64,000 nucleotides of DNA, from contig CM109711.1 in NCBI GenBank assembly GCA_048771875.1, positions 4,303,768-4,367,767 on the forward strand, read 5' to 3'. The stretch is from Ctenodactylus gundi. Lineage: Eukaryota. Shown here piece by piece: positions 42,640 through 55,886 of the stretch; within the stretch, counting starts at the first letter, position 1, and every line of letters starts with the position of its first letter. The notes beneath the pieces were generated by a model. It was not told the DNA's origin. It ran no database searches and was given only the letters and a program-made list of their open reading frames with translations. The translations under genes and the position numbers were made by a program.

Positions 42640-43660
42640 AATGCAACTTGATTTTTCATAATCTTTCATTTTATTTCAGATTGAGAAATTGGTATACTTA
42701 CATCTTGATCATTTTTAACTCCCTTTTCCCGTATCGCCCACATCCCTTTTTTCTCTCCACAAAGTCTCTTCTTAATTTCTTTTTTCTTTTACTATTTGTT
42801 ATGCTTTGGTCTTCTCATGCTGAAGAATCCATGTGATACTTAACCTTCTCTGTCTGATTCATTTCACTAAGGATAGTGTTCTCGAGGTGCACTCATTTTC
42901 CTACAAATGATTCAAATTGATGTTTATGGCATGTGTGGGGATTCAGGTTGGGTTGAAGCCCATCTAGCACTAGTCTGGGACAACCTGGTAGAAGCCCACT
43001 TCACCGCTAGCTCGCGCTAGATGGCGTCAGAGAGGCACACCTCCCACCACCCTGTCCAGTGACGAACTGCTAGTTGGCAAGCCCCATCCTCCTTCCGCTA
43101 CTCCTTCTCTCCCCCTGGGCGACCCCCGCTAGTTAAGACCTTGCTAGTTGAGGTAACTCCCACATTATCCTAGTCTATTTAAGCCCTGTACTTCCTAGAT
43201 AAAGAGATTATGTTCACAGAAACGGGCTCTCAGAGTGGGTACTCTGTCATCTGGCTCCTCAGCTGTTCTTGGGGTCCCCACAGGATGGAGACCCCTACGG
43301 TGGCAGAATAGTACTCCATCCTGTAACGATACCTTATCTTCTTTATCTGTTCATCTGTTGATGGACATATCAGCTGCGCCCAAGATAGGGCTATTGTGAT
43401 TTACGCCACTGTAAACGTGGGTGTGAGTGTGCGTTTACTGCTTTTATATGGTGACTTTAACTCTTTGGGGAAGAACCCCAGAAGAGATGTAGCTGAGTCA
43501 AGTGGGGTATCTACTTTTGGGTTTTGGAGGACTCTCCATAGTGTCTTCCACAATGGTTGTACCAGTTTACAGTCCCACCGAAGGTAGAATGGTTTCTCTT
43601 CCCCTACAACCTAGGCAACACGTTGTTTTTCGAGTTCTTGACACCAGCTATTCTTACTGG
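42640..43660 (+). mobile_element. LINE-1 3'-terminal fragment (ORF2 C-terminus/3' region), plus orientation, split by an insertion at 42931-43305
   Basis: ...tactccatcctgtaacgataccttatcttctttatctgttcatctgttgatggacat... and ...caatggttgtaccagtttacagtcccacc... are canonical L1 3' blocks. Confidence 0.5.
42931..43305 (+). mobile_element. solo-LTR-like insertion inside the L1 fragment
   Basis: About 375 bp that interrupts an L1 consensus block. It begins TG and ends CA, and has a TATTTAAG TATA-like box and a U5-like tail. Confidence 0.3.
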
Positions 43661-46085
43661 AGTTAGGTGGAGCCTTAGTATTGTTTTGTTTGTTTGAGAT
43701 AGGATCTCGCTATGTACTCTGGGCCCAAGCTGACCACAAACTCATGACAAACATCCTACCTTAGCCTCCTGAGTGCTAGGATTATAGGCATATGCCACTA
43801 TGCCTGGCTTTATGTGGTGCTGGGGAATCCAACCCAGGACCTGGTACATGCTAGGCAAGTGCTTTAATCACTAGCTGTGCCTACAGCAATGTTGGTTTAC
43901 ATTTCTCTTAGGGCTAAAGACACTAAACATTTTTTCATGTATTATTGGCCATTTGTACTTCTTCTAATAACTATTAGCTTCAATTGAGCATTTTAAAGTC
44001 AACTCTTTTATTTTGGAAGGTCCAAACTTTTTAGTTCCTTGTGTATTCTAGATAATAGTCCTCTGTCTGAGGAGTAGCTGGCAGATTTTCTTCCCATTCT
44101 GTCAGTTCTGTCTTCACTCTGGATTGTTTGCTTTGCCATGATAAAATCCCATTTGTTGATTTTTGGTGTTATCTCCTGGGCTTTGGGTGTTTTATTAGGA
44201 AAGTCCTTGCCTGTGCCTACGCCTTCAAGGGTTTTGCCTATTTTTTCTTCCAACAAGTTGAGCACTTCCACTTTAGTATCTAGGTCTTGGATCCATTTTG
44301 ATCTGACTCTGGGACACAGTGGCGTCATTCTTCTGCGCGTGGCTAGCCAGCTTTCCCGGCGCCACTTGTTCCCGAGGCGGTCTTTTCTCCAGCATGTTTT
44401 CGGCCCCTTTGTCAAGGATCAGGTCTGTCTCTGCATCCTCAGTTCTGTCACATTGGTCCACCTGCCTACTTTTGTGCCAATGCTGTGTGATTTTTGTCAC
44501 TTCTGCTGTGTAATGTAACTGCATGCCAGGTCTTGTGATGCCTCCTGTTTTTATTTTGTCACTTAAGATTGTTTTGGCTATTCTGGGTCTTTTCTTGTCC
44601 CATATAAATTTTCGAATCATTTTTTCTAGTTCTGGGAAAAATGCTGTTGGCATCTTGATTGGGATTGCTTTAAATCTGTGTATCAGTTTAGGTAGTATGG
44701 CCATTTTGACAATGTTGGTTCTACCTATTCCAGAACTGGGGATGTAATTCCATTTTTAAATATTCTCTGCAATTTCTTTTCTCAAGGTAATTAGTTTTCA
44801 GTATAGAGGTCCTTCACTTGCTTCGCTAGGATGATTCCTAGGTATTTAATTTTTTTTCAGGCTACTGTGAGTGGGACTTTTTAAAAATCTTTTTCTGTGT
44901 GTTTATTATTGCTGTGAAGAATGCTATTGAGTTTTGTGTATTGATTTTATATCCTGCAACTAGGCTGGATTTGTTTATTAGGTCTAAGGCTTTTCCAGTG
45001 GAGTTTTGGGGATCCTCTATGTAAAGGACCATGTCATTAAAAAATAAGGATAGTTTGACTTCTTCCTTCCCTATGTGTGTTCCCTTTATTCCTTTTTCTT
45101 GCCTGATTGCTCTGGTCAAGATTTTGAGCACTATATCAAACAGAAGTGGTGAGGATGGACACCCTTGCCTTGTTCTTGATTTTAGGAGAAATGTTTTTAG
45201 TATTTCCCCATTTAGGATGACGTTGGCTAGTAGGATTGTCCTAAATTACTTTTATCAGCTTGAGGGAAGATCCTTCTATACCTATTTTCATCAGAGTTTT
45301 GATCAGGAAGGGACACTGTCAAAGGTTTTTTCTGCATTGATTGAGATAATCATGTGATTTTTGTTTTTTATTTAGTTTCACTGGTATCTTAATTAATTTA
45401 AACATGTTGAACCATCCTTGCATCCCTGGAACAAAGCTGCTTTGCTCATGGTGCATAATCTTTTTAATAATTGGTTGCATTCACAACTTTAGGGAGAAAA
45501 GGTTTATTTTAGCTCACAGTTTCAGATCACAGTCCGTTCACAGGTTGGGGCTTGAAAAAATGGTGGAATCTCACGATGGGGCCACAGCCAGAGCCAGAGC
45601 TCCAAAGACAGACTTCCTCACAGCATGGCAGAACAGATCCAAGTCAGGGAGGAAGGGCAGAATCAGCGCACACCCCTCCAGGTCAGGCCCCAAGCATCTA
45701 TCCACCCATTCCTGCGAGGCCCCACTTCCCAACAATACACAGTATCTATCGGTACATGAGGCTTTGGGGGGACTCTATAGACCCAAACCACACAGTTTCC
45801 AAGTATCTTATTGAGGGTTTTTGTGTCTACATTAAGGAAATTGGTCTTCAGTTTCTTTTGTTAGGTCTTCATCCAGTTTGGGGATCAAGGTTATGCCATG
45901 AAGGAGTTTGGCAGTTTTCTTTCTCTTTCAACTTCATGGAAAATTTTGAGAAGCATTGATGCTGACTGTTCCCTGAAGTTCTGATAAAAATTCTGCAGGG
46001 AATTCATCAGATCCTTGGCTTTTCTTTTGGGTAGACCTTTTATTACTGCCTCAATTTCATCCCTGGTTATTGGTCTATTTAGGAT

Positions 46086-46092
46086 ACACACA

Positions 46093-46138
<46 letters not shown>
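46086..46138. repeat. (CA)n microsatellite inside L1
   Basis: Read directly from the sequence. Confidence 0.9.
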
Positions 46139-46141
<3 letters not shown>

Positions 46142-47435
46142 GGCCTTGGTTCAAGGGTTTTTGCTTGTTTGTTTTGGTTTGTTTATTGTTTTTATTTTTT
46201 GAGACATTCTGTAGCCCAGTTCAGGCTGGTCCTGGATTCACTGTGTAGTCCAGGCTAACCTTGAACTCAAAGCAATTCACCTGCCTCACCCACCCGAGTG
46301 GTAGGATTACAGACATGCACCACCACAACCAGTTTATATGGTGCTGAAGAACTGAACCCAGGCTCTTGCTTTTCCTAGAGAAAATACTAGAGAGAAATAC
46401 TTTAACCACTGAACTATGTCCCCAGCCCTTCTTGGCTCAATTTTGATTTTTCATGTGTATTGTGGTTTGGATCTGGCATGTCCCCCAAAAGTCTCATGTA
46501 TTTAAATGTTATAGATTGTCTGTGGAACCATGTGCTGTTGAGAGATTGTGGCCTAGTCTGGAGGGGTGGATTACAGGCATGTAAATTAGGATTAAAGGTG
46601 TGTAATGGCCACACCTTCCACCCCTGGATCCAGGAGGTGCTGATCACTGGGAGGAGACCTGGAAGGAGATAGAAGCTGCTTCCTGCCTTCCTGGGGGGAC
46701 TAGTCTCAACCAGTCTCAACTTGCCTGCCTGTCTGTGATGTCGTGAGGAGCTGCCTCCACCTCGGCCTCTGCCATGTACTTCCATTGCTGCCGGTCGCCC
46801 CTGAATGGACTGTGACCTTCTGAAACTGTGAGCTAAAATACACCTTTCCTCACAGCGATGAAAACATAACTAAGACAATGTGTCTGTAAACTTATACAAT
46901 TTGGATGGGAGGAGTAGCCCAGTGGCTACAGTACTTTCATAGCAAGCACAAGGTCATGGTTCAGTTCCCAGCACCAGGTGAACTGGGCATGATGACACAT
47001 GCCTGTAATTCCAGCACTAGGGAGGCTCAGGCAGGAGGACTGCTGTGAGTTTGAGGCCACCCTGGGCTACAGAGCAAGACCCTGTCTCAAAAAACGTACC
47101 CATTTCTTCTGAGATCTCAAATTTATTGGAATATAATTTTTCAAAATAGTTTCTTATAACCTGGATTTCAAAAATTCCTATTCTGACTTCACCATTTTCA
47201 TTAATGTGAATTTTTTCTTTTCTTCTTTTGGTAAGTTTGGCTAGAGGTTTACCAATCTTACTTATCTGTTTGAAGAATCTGCTCTTTGATTCATTCACCT
47301 TTTGTATTGTTTTTTGGTTTTCATTAATTCATTTTCTTATAATTTCTTTCTGTCTGCAACTTTTGGATTTAGCTTGTTCTTACTTCTCTAGGACTTTCAG
47401 CTGCATTATTATAGGTTGAGATTGCTCTGGGTTTT

Positions 47436-47508
47436 TTCTCTTTCTTTCTTTCTTTCTTCCTTTCTTCCTTCCTTCCTTCCTTTCTTTCTTTCTTTTCTTT
47501 TTTTTTTT
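47436..47508. repeat. (CTTT)n/(CCTT)n microsatellite
   Basis: Read directly from the sequence. Confidence 0.85.
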
Positions 47509-48494
47509 GAGACAGGGTCTCACTCTGTAGCACAGGCTGGTCTTGAACTCACAGCAATCCTCCTGCCTCTGCCTCCCAAGTTCTGAGATTATAGGCATGC
47601 AGCACTACAACCAATTTATGTTGCGCTGAAGAATTGAACCCAGGGCCTTCTTCTTGCTAGACAAACACTCTATTTTTTATTTTAATTTTGATGTTGCTTA
47701 TGTGGTTTTGGGGAATTGAACTCAGGGCCTTGTACTTGCAAGGCAAGTGCTTTAACTACTGTGCCATTCCTTCAGCCCCTGTTTTGTTTCAAATGTCCAT
47801 TCATGGCTATAAGTTTCCCTCTTACTCCTTCCTTCATGTCCCATAGATTCTGGTATGCTGTACTTCCATTGTCACTTGACTTTAAGATGTTTTCTTATTT
47901 CTTCCCTGGTTTCTTCTGTGATCCATCACTTGTTCAATAATGCCTTATTTAATCTTTATGTATTTGTATAGTTTCTGTAGCTTCTTTTGTTGTTGATTTC
48001 TAGTTTCATTCCACTATAATTTGAAAGTATGTGGGAAATGATTTCACTTCTTTCATATCTACTTAAGCACATCTTATATCTGAGGACATGCTTTATTTCA
48101 AAAAGTTTCATGTGCTTCTGAGAAAAAGGTGTATTCTATTGACATTGGATAGAACACTGTAGATATTGGTTGAGGCCATTGGTTGCATAGTGTGATTTAG
48201 CTGTTTCTTTGTTGATTTTTTTTAATCATCTATTTGTGAGAGTGGGGTACTGCCTGCCATCTGCTAGTATGATTTTTTTTTTTTTTTTGAGACAGCATCA
48301 AGGCCGGTCCTGAACTCACTATGTAGCCCAGGCTGACTTTGAACACATAGCAATGCATCTGCCTCAGCTTCCCAAGTGCTGGGATTACAGGTGTGCACCA
48401 CCACACCTGGTTTATGTGGTGCTAGGGAATTGAACACAAGGCCTTGAGCTTGCTAGGCAAGTGCTTTCACCACTGAGCCATTCCTCCAGCCCCT

Positions 48495-50098
48495 CTGAGC
48501 CTCATTTTAGATCACTTCAAGGACGTTAGGGAAAGGGCTGAAGGGCCGGGACTTGAAGTCAGGAAAGGAAAGCCTTTTGTCTTTTGCAGCAACAAGTGGC
48601 CAACCTTCAATGTTGGATGGTTGAAAGGCGGAACCTTCGACCTCCCCACCCAGCACTGAATCAAAGGCATTGTCTTTGGCAAACCTGGACACCCACACCA
48701 GGTTCCTAACATCATTACCTGGGAAGATGTGATCAAAGACCCTCCCACCTGGCTTCAACCCTTTCTACCCTCTCGTGCCCAAAACTCTACAGCCCTGGCT
48801 CTTAGAGACAAGGACAAACGCAAACCTAAGCCTTCTGCCCCTCTTTATCCCTTCCTCCAGGGTCCCACTGATGAGGACCTCATGTTTCCACCACCCTACC
48901 AGACTCTGAGGCCAAGCAACCCTACACAGGAGGCACTGGAGGCTCTGGAAGAGCCCCCAGCCCAACCTGAGCCTGCGGAAAGCCAGCAGCCCTCTCCTCA
49001 TGGTAGTCTTCCTCACACTAGAAGGAGGGCTTAGTGGGAACAGCCCAAACCACCAGCTGACTCCACACTTCCACCCCCAAGAGCGATGGCCCCTCCCGAT
49101 GAATATGGGAACTGGTCCTACCAGTACTGGCCGTTCGCCACCACTGATCTTTATAACTGGAAGTTGCAAACCCCTAAGTTTTCGGAGAAGCCAGGGGGTC
49201 TTATAGATTTATTAGATTCTGTGATTTTTACCCACGTGCCCACTTGGGATGATTGTCAACAACTTTTGCAGATCTTATTTACCACAGAGAAAAGGGAAGG
49301 AATTCAGACTGAAGCCTGGAAATTGGTCCTGGGTGCTGACGGGACCCCTACCACCAACCAGGCTCTGATATGTGCGGTGTTTCCGCTGACTACACCCAAC
49401 TGGGATTTTAGTTTGGCAGAAGGTAAAGAGAGGCTCGGCATCTACCACCAGACTCTAATGGGGGGTCTCCAAGCACCTGCTAGGTGGCCCACCAATTTGG
49501 CTAAGATTAGTGATATACAACAAGAAAAAAATAAGTTGTCTGCTGCCTTTCTAGAGAGAGTCATGGAGACATTTAGAACCTACATGCCCATGAACCCTGA
49601 CAAGCCAGAAAATAAATCCGCAGTCATACTTACTTTTGTAAACCAGGTAGTACCAGATACCAGGCGAAAGATATAGAAAGTAGACAGATTAACAGATAGG
49701 AGCTTGCAGGAACTCCTGGCTGTAGTGGAATGAGTCTACAACAACGGAGAGTCCGGAGAAGCAGCAAGCCTGTGCCACCACAGCGGCCAGGGAAAAACAA
49801 ACTCACAGCCTGGTCAAGATTATTCCGGCCACCACAGCCGAATCTCCGGGGAAAAAGGCCCAACAACTCAGATGGTTAGCAACCAACCAAGGTAAGAAGG
49901 GCCCTGGGAGGAACAACCAAAGTTGCAAAAGAACCAGTGCGCCTACTGTAAAATAAATAAATAAATACAAATTAAAAATTTTAAAAAATGGGCCACTGGA
50001 TCAAAGATTGCCCAGAAAAACTGCCTAGAAAAGGCCCAGGCATGACTCTGACCACATACGGGTTCTTGAACTGGATAAACTGAGCGACTAGAGGGGTT
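48495..50098 (+). mobile_element. ERV gag region (MA partial, p12, CA, NC)
   Basis: See the ERV entry. An A-rich microsatellite is inserted in the NC zinc knuckle at 49953-49990. Confidence 0.75.
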
Positions 50099-53000
50099 GG
50101 GGTTCCGACCACCTCCCCGAACCCAGAGTAACCCTCAAAGTGGAGGGGGCACCTGTTAACTTCTTGGTGCACACTTGGTCCTGACTGAAACTTGAGGCAA
50201 ACTGTCCAATAAGAAATCTTGGGTACCAGGGGCCACCGGAATGAATCAGTACTCAGGGACTACCCGAAGAACAGTGGACCTTGGCTCGGGCTGGGTACCC
50301 GACTCCTTTATGGTCATACCAGAATGCCCATACCCATTAGGGGGCAGAGACTTGCTCACTAAAATAGGTGCCTAAATTCACTTCGATCCAGAGGGGCCAC
50401 AAATAATGAGCAGAGGGTCAACCTATCCAAATGCTAACTATGAGACTGGAAGATGAATACAGAATACATCAGGGCATATCTGGCCCACTGGTAGATGTCA
50501 CTAGTTGGTTGCAGAAATTTCCAACAGCATAGGCTGAAAAAAGGGGAATGGGCTTGGCTTCTCATAGGCTGCCAATATGGGTAGAATTGAAGCCTAGAAT
50601 GACTCCGGTTCAGGTGAGACAATATCCCATTTCACAGGAAGCTCAGATGGGTATCACCCCCCACATTAGGCACCTCATGGAATTAGGGATATTAATCCCC
50701 TGTCAGTCACCCTGGAACACCCCCTTACTTCCTGTAAAAAAAAAAAAAAAGCCCCATTCAAACGATTACCAGCCAGTTCAAGATTTGAGAGAAATCAATA
50801 AGCAGGTTATGGACATCCACCCCACAGTGCTAAACCCCTGTACCTTCCTGACTTCTCTACCTCCCTTCCGAATCTGGTACGCTGTCCTTGATCTAAAAGA
50901 TGCCTTCTTTAGCCTACCGTTGGCAGTCCAGAGCCAACCCATCTTCTCATTTGAATGGCAAGATCATGAAAGAGGATTCAACGGCCAACTAACCTGAACT
51001 CGGTTACCCCAGGGTTTCAAGAATTCGCCCATGCTCTTTGATGAGCCTCTACATGAAGACTTGGGTGAGTACCACCTGAGGCACCCTCGGCTTACCTTAT
51101 TACAATATATTGATGATATCTTGATAGCAGCAGATAACTTCCCAGCATGCCAGGCTGGGACTGAGGGCCTGCTAACAACCCTGAGAGATCTTGATTCTCA
51201 GGCCTCTGGGAAAAGACCCAAATTTGTCAGAGGGAAGTGACCTATTTCGGGTATATTCTCAAAGATGGACAGACATGGCTATCAGAGGCTAGGAAAGAGA
51301 CTGTTCTTAAAATAACCACACCTACCTCATAGGGAGACGTGCGGGAATTCCTGGGGTTGGCAGGATTCTGTCAACTTTGGATCCCAGGTTTCACAGAACT
51401 GGCAAAGCCCTTGTATGAGGCTACTAAAGAAAAAAATCCTTTTGACTGGACTGAAAATCAGGAAACAGCGTTTTAAAAAATATCAAGCGGGCCTTACTAG
51501 AAGCGCCTGCCCTTGGGCTACCAAATATCACTAAGCCCTTTCTCCTATATATTGATGAATGGAAAAGCATAGCAAAGGGGGTATTAACACAGACCCTAAG
51601 GCCTTGGAACTGGCCTGTGGCCTACCTGTCTAAAAAACTGGATCCTGTAGCCACTGGTTGGACCCCATGCCTACGAATCATTGTAGCCACGGCTGTTAGT
51701 CAAGGACGCCGATAAACTAACCCTAGGGCAAGAGTTATATGTCACCACCCCTCATGCCATCAAAGGGGTCCTCAAACAGCTCCCTGACTGGTGGATGAGC
51801 AACGCTCACATGACTATCAGAATCTGCTCCTCAACCCCCAACGCATCCTGTTCCTCCCGAGTACTGCTGTGAATCTGGCCACCCTGGTGCCGGACCTGGA
51901 CTTGGAAGCTTCCCTGCACGATTGTGCTGGGATTTTAAGTCAGGTCCATGGAAATGGGGAGGACCTGACTGACCAACCCTTGCCAGATGCCGAGGTCACC
52001 TGGTTCACCGATGGTAGCAGCTTTGTTCAGAATGGACAAACATACGCGGAAGCGGCTGTGGTGACTGGGACTGAGACCATATGGGCAACCACCCTGCCAA
52101 AGGGACTTCAGTACAAAGGGCTGACCTTATTGCCTTGACTGAAGCTTTAAAATTGGGAAAAAATAAAAAACTAAATTAAATGTCTACACAGCAGGTATGC
52201 TTTTGCTATCGCCCATGTACATGGAGCCATCTATCAGGAAAAAGGCCTACTCACAGCAGAGGGAAAACTATCAAAAATAAACAGGAAATACTGGACTTAT
52301 TGGCCACATTATGGTTACCCTGCAAGCTGGCCATAATTCACTGTCCTGGACACCAAAAAGTGGATACCCCCATAGCTGGGGGAATCAAAGAGCTAACAAA
52401 GTGGCCAGGGAGGCCGCCTTAAACCTAGACTCCATTTTGGCCTTGTTGTTGCCTGATCCAGGGCCTCCCACTCTGTCAGACCACCCTATGTACTCTCCAG
52501 AAGACTTAAAGTTAATTCATAAGCTTCCGATGACTCAAAGATTGGGGCTTGATGACAAACAGGGAATTGTAGGATAATCCTGCCCAGTCCAATGGCCAAA
52601 GATCTCCTGCTCCACATCCATTGGTCCACCCATCTGGGGCCTAGGAAAAGGGAGGATTTATTCAGGAACACACACCTGAAAGTTTTCAATCTCAAGTCTC
52701 AAACTGAACAAACAGCAACCAGGTGCTTAAGTTGTCAGTTGACCAATGCAGATAGTAAGCCTTAGAACAAGGGACTCATCTGAGAGACTCCAAGCCTGAG
52801 GCCCCACTGGGAACTGGATTTTACTGAGGTAAAACCTGGAACATATGGTTATAGGAATCTTCTAGTTTTTGTAGATACCTTTTCAGGATGGACAGAAGCA
52901 TTCCCCACCAAACATGAAACTGCCCAGGTAGTGACAAAGAAGCTGCTGGAGGACATTTTTATACGGTATGCTGGCACTCTTAAGTTCAGACAATGGACCA

Positions 53001-53634
53001 GCATTCATCTCTGAAGTAACTCAGGAATTAGTCAAGGTTTTGGGGGCAAATTGGAAGTTACATTGTGCTTACAGGCCTGAGTTCAGGACAGGTAAAAAGA
53101 ATGAATAAGACCCTAAAAGAGACCCTTACTAAATTAACCATGGAGACTGGCAGGGATTGGGTGGCTCTCCTCCCCTTTGCCTTATATAGGGTACATGGTA
53201 CGTCCTATACTCTGGCACTGACACCCTACAAGATAATGTACGGCAGACCCCCTCTTATTCTACCTAACTTGAGGGCCGAATTAATCGCTGAATTTGATAA
53301 TAAACAATTGTTTGATTCTCCTGAAATGTTAGCTTAGGCCCACAAAAAAGTGTGGCCTCACCTGAAAGCCATATACGAGACCACACCACCTCCCACTCCA
53401 CACAACTATAGACCAGGTGACTGGTTCTATGTCCGCAAACATCAACGCGAGACCCTTGAATCCTGCTGGAAAGGACCGTATATCGTGCTCCTAACCACTC
53501 CCACCACACTCAAGGTCGATGGAATCTCCAACTGGATCCACCACGCTAACGCCCGCCTCGCTGATCCACTCACCCAAGCCAAAGACTACAAGCCACAATG
53601 GAAAACAGACAAAAAAGCAAGCAGCCCGCTCTAG
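50098..53634 (+). mobile_element. ERV pro-pol region (PR, RT, RNaseH, IN), multiple frameshifts
   Basis: See the ERV entry. Confidence 0.75.
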
Positions 53635-55425
53635 CTGCGCCGCACCTGATGCACCTCACTGCCCCGGCCACACTGGAACTGTGTGCTCTTGCTCATCTAG
53701 CCCCCACCAACCCTCCAGTCTCACCTGGCTCACTAAAGGCACTGAAATAGGAAACAAAATCAATCAAACCTCACATGTGGCCCCAGCCACAATTTGGTTC
53801 CCCGATTTAGAAATGATGCTAGATGACCTCTCCCTGCGCCTGGCCTTTATTTTTTCGGGGGTGGGGGTAGGGAGGAAGCTCTTGGAGTGATCAGGGGTGA
53901 TTCTATGTTTGCCCTGGGCATAACTGAAACAAAGCTCAGATTACTAAGTGTGGCAGAGCAGGCAGTTATTTCTGTGCCACCTGGGGATGTGAGTCAACCA
54001 GCCACATCTGGTGGACTTCCTCAGGGACCTCAGACTTAATCACAGAAAACTGAAAAACGCTGGACCTTATTCCAGTAAGCCAAAGAGAAGGCTACTAATA
54101 CAATTCACAGACCATGGAAAAAAGGCCACCAGCTGGGAGACAGGTAAAAAGTGGGGTTTACATTTATATGAACCACAGCCTAGAATTGCTCCTCTAGACC
54201 CAGGAATCCTGTTCATTATACAGCTGTTGCAAGCCCCACTGGCCCAAGCTCCAGTGCCCTTCAGACCTAACCTGGTTTTGGCACTGGCACCCCCCTCAGT
54301 TATTCGCATACCTCTTCGCCCCATCAACGATCCTCCTGCCATCTATGATTCCCAAGACTCCTGCTCCAGGACTTCTTCATCTCCTGGAGACTACCTATCA
54401 GGTTCTAAATTCTTTCTGACCTAACTTGACCCAGGCCCGTTGGTTATGCTTTAATACCAAATCCCCTTATGGGGGAATTGCAGTGCATGGAAAATACTCA
54501 TTTGCATCCCACATGAGCTCCGGCTGATGGCAACAATCAAAACAGGGAAATTTAACCCTTCAATCAGTTACTGGAAATGGGTTTTGTGTTGGAAATGTTC
54601 CCTCAGGTTATTCACACCTTTGTAATACTTCGGTGGCTTCAATAACTGAGGCTGGCTACTTAGTCCCCCCCAATAACACCTGGTAGGCCTGTACTAAGGG
54701 GTTGACCCCCTGTGTCTATTCCCAAGTCTTAACTCCTGGGATTTTTGTGTTCTGGTAGTAAGTCCCCAGAGTGACCTATTACTCAGAAGAAATGGTCCTC
54801 AACCTCCTTGAGTCTTCTAATGGCCGCACCAAGCATGAGACTGTCTCGGCAATCCTAGTCGTCTCTCACTGGGGTAGGCATTGCTGGAGGAATTGGGACT
54901 GGTGCGTCAGCCCTAGTTCTTCATGACAAAAACTACTGGCTCTTAAGTGAGGCCATAGATTCAGACTTAGAGCAGATAGAAAAATCAATCATCCATCTAC
55001 AGTAATCACTGACTTCCCTTGTGGAAGTAGTCCTTCAAAACAGGAGAGGTCTAGATTTATTTTTTCTTCAACAGGGAGGTCTTTGTGTAGCACTGGGAGA
55101 AGAATGTTGTTTTTATACTGGTCATTCAGGAATTGTTCGTGAATCTATGGCTCTCCTCAAAAACTACATGAAAGTAGAGAGCAGAATCAAAATTGGTATG
55201 AAAATATCTTTAACTTCTCCCCCTGGCTCACCACCCTCATTTCAGCCTTGGCAGGCTCTCGATGACTCCTGCTGTTGCTCCTGACCTTTGGTCCCTGCAT
55301 CATCAACAGGGTAGCCGCCTTTCTCAGGGAATGCATTAACTTGATCCAGTTAGTGGTCCTTAAAGCCCAATATCAGCCACTGGATCCCTTGACTCAAGAT
55401 GGTCATGAGTACACAGACCCATGAT
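53519..55425 (+). mobile_element. ERV env region (SU + TM)
   Basis: See the ERV entry. Confidence 0.7.
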
Positions 55426-55456
55426 TGGGTATTCGGTACACATCAAGGGGGAAAAT

Positions 55457-55886
55457 GAAGGACCCAGGCAATATGGACTCCATGACAGGCCTCAAACTCT
55501 CCCAAAAGGCGAGTGGGCCTAAGTTTCCGTTTCCCCATAGTAATCAGGCAGTTGCAGGAAACCGCAACTGCAACTGCCCCCAAATCAGCCAATTGGGGAG
55601 GGCCGGGATGCCTAGCATTCCTGAGGCCTATAGATAGTTTGCATAATGTTAGCTAGCCAATCATTTTGTAACAAGTCTGCTCTTCCTGAATGCCACCCAA
55701 TCATTAACTGCTGAGCTAGAAATCACCGTCCCATGCTTAAACCTTGATAAAAACTCTGCCCTGCTATTGTTCAGGACTGCACGGATTCACTGCCTTGGTA
55801 AAGTCTCAGAGTCTGAGCTTAAGCCCAAATAAAGGCTCTTTGCTTCTACATACATGCCTCGGTCTCCTGGTGGTCTTTGGGGTGCC
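55457..55886 (+). mobile_element. ERV 3' LTR (U3-R-U5)
   Basis: The PPT aagggggaaaa at 55446-55456 is followed by TGAAGGACCC (MLV U3 start TGAAAGACCCC). There are CCAAT boxes, an AATAAAGG polyA signal at about 55830 and a ...tgccCA terminus, directly abutting a B1-like SINE. Confidence 0.65.

Larger units (their letters stand above)
43880..48250 (-). mobile_element. LINE-1 element (ORF2, endonuclease-RT region to C-terminal region), minus orientation, interrupted by SINEs and a (CA)n
   Basis: Minus-strand ORFs 44008..44415, 44273..44704, 44862..45131, 45891..46154 and 47017..47298 translate to L1 ORF2p-like peptides (e.g. ...LNRPITRDEIEAVIKGLP..., ...[24 protein letters not shown]..., ...FKAIPIKMPTAFFPELEKMIRKFIWDKKRPRIAKTIL...). 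Confidence 0.75.
48495..55886 (+). mobile_element. 5'-truncated gammaretrovirus-like (MLV-like) endogenous retrovirus: gag (from MA codon about 15) - pro - pol - env - 3' LTR; degraded by frameshifts and stops
   Basis: Plus-strand ORFs carry: gag MA/p12 with a PPPY late domain (48729..49034); CA (49086..49676, ...WKLQTPKFSEKPGGLIDLLDSVIFTHVPTWDDCQQLL...); an NC CCHC box at about 49938; protease/RT (50548..50997, ...[17 protein letters not shown]...[13 protein letters not shown]...); the RT YIDD motif (51031..51240, LLQYIDDILIAA); RNaseH (51791..52138); integrase (52180..53634); env SU (54011..54424); and env TM with the immunosuppressive domain [28 protein letters not shown] (55021..55284). 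The env stop is at 55423-55425. Confidence 0.85.
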
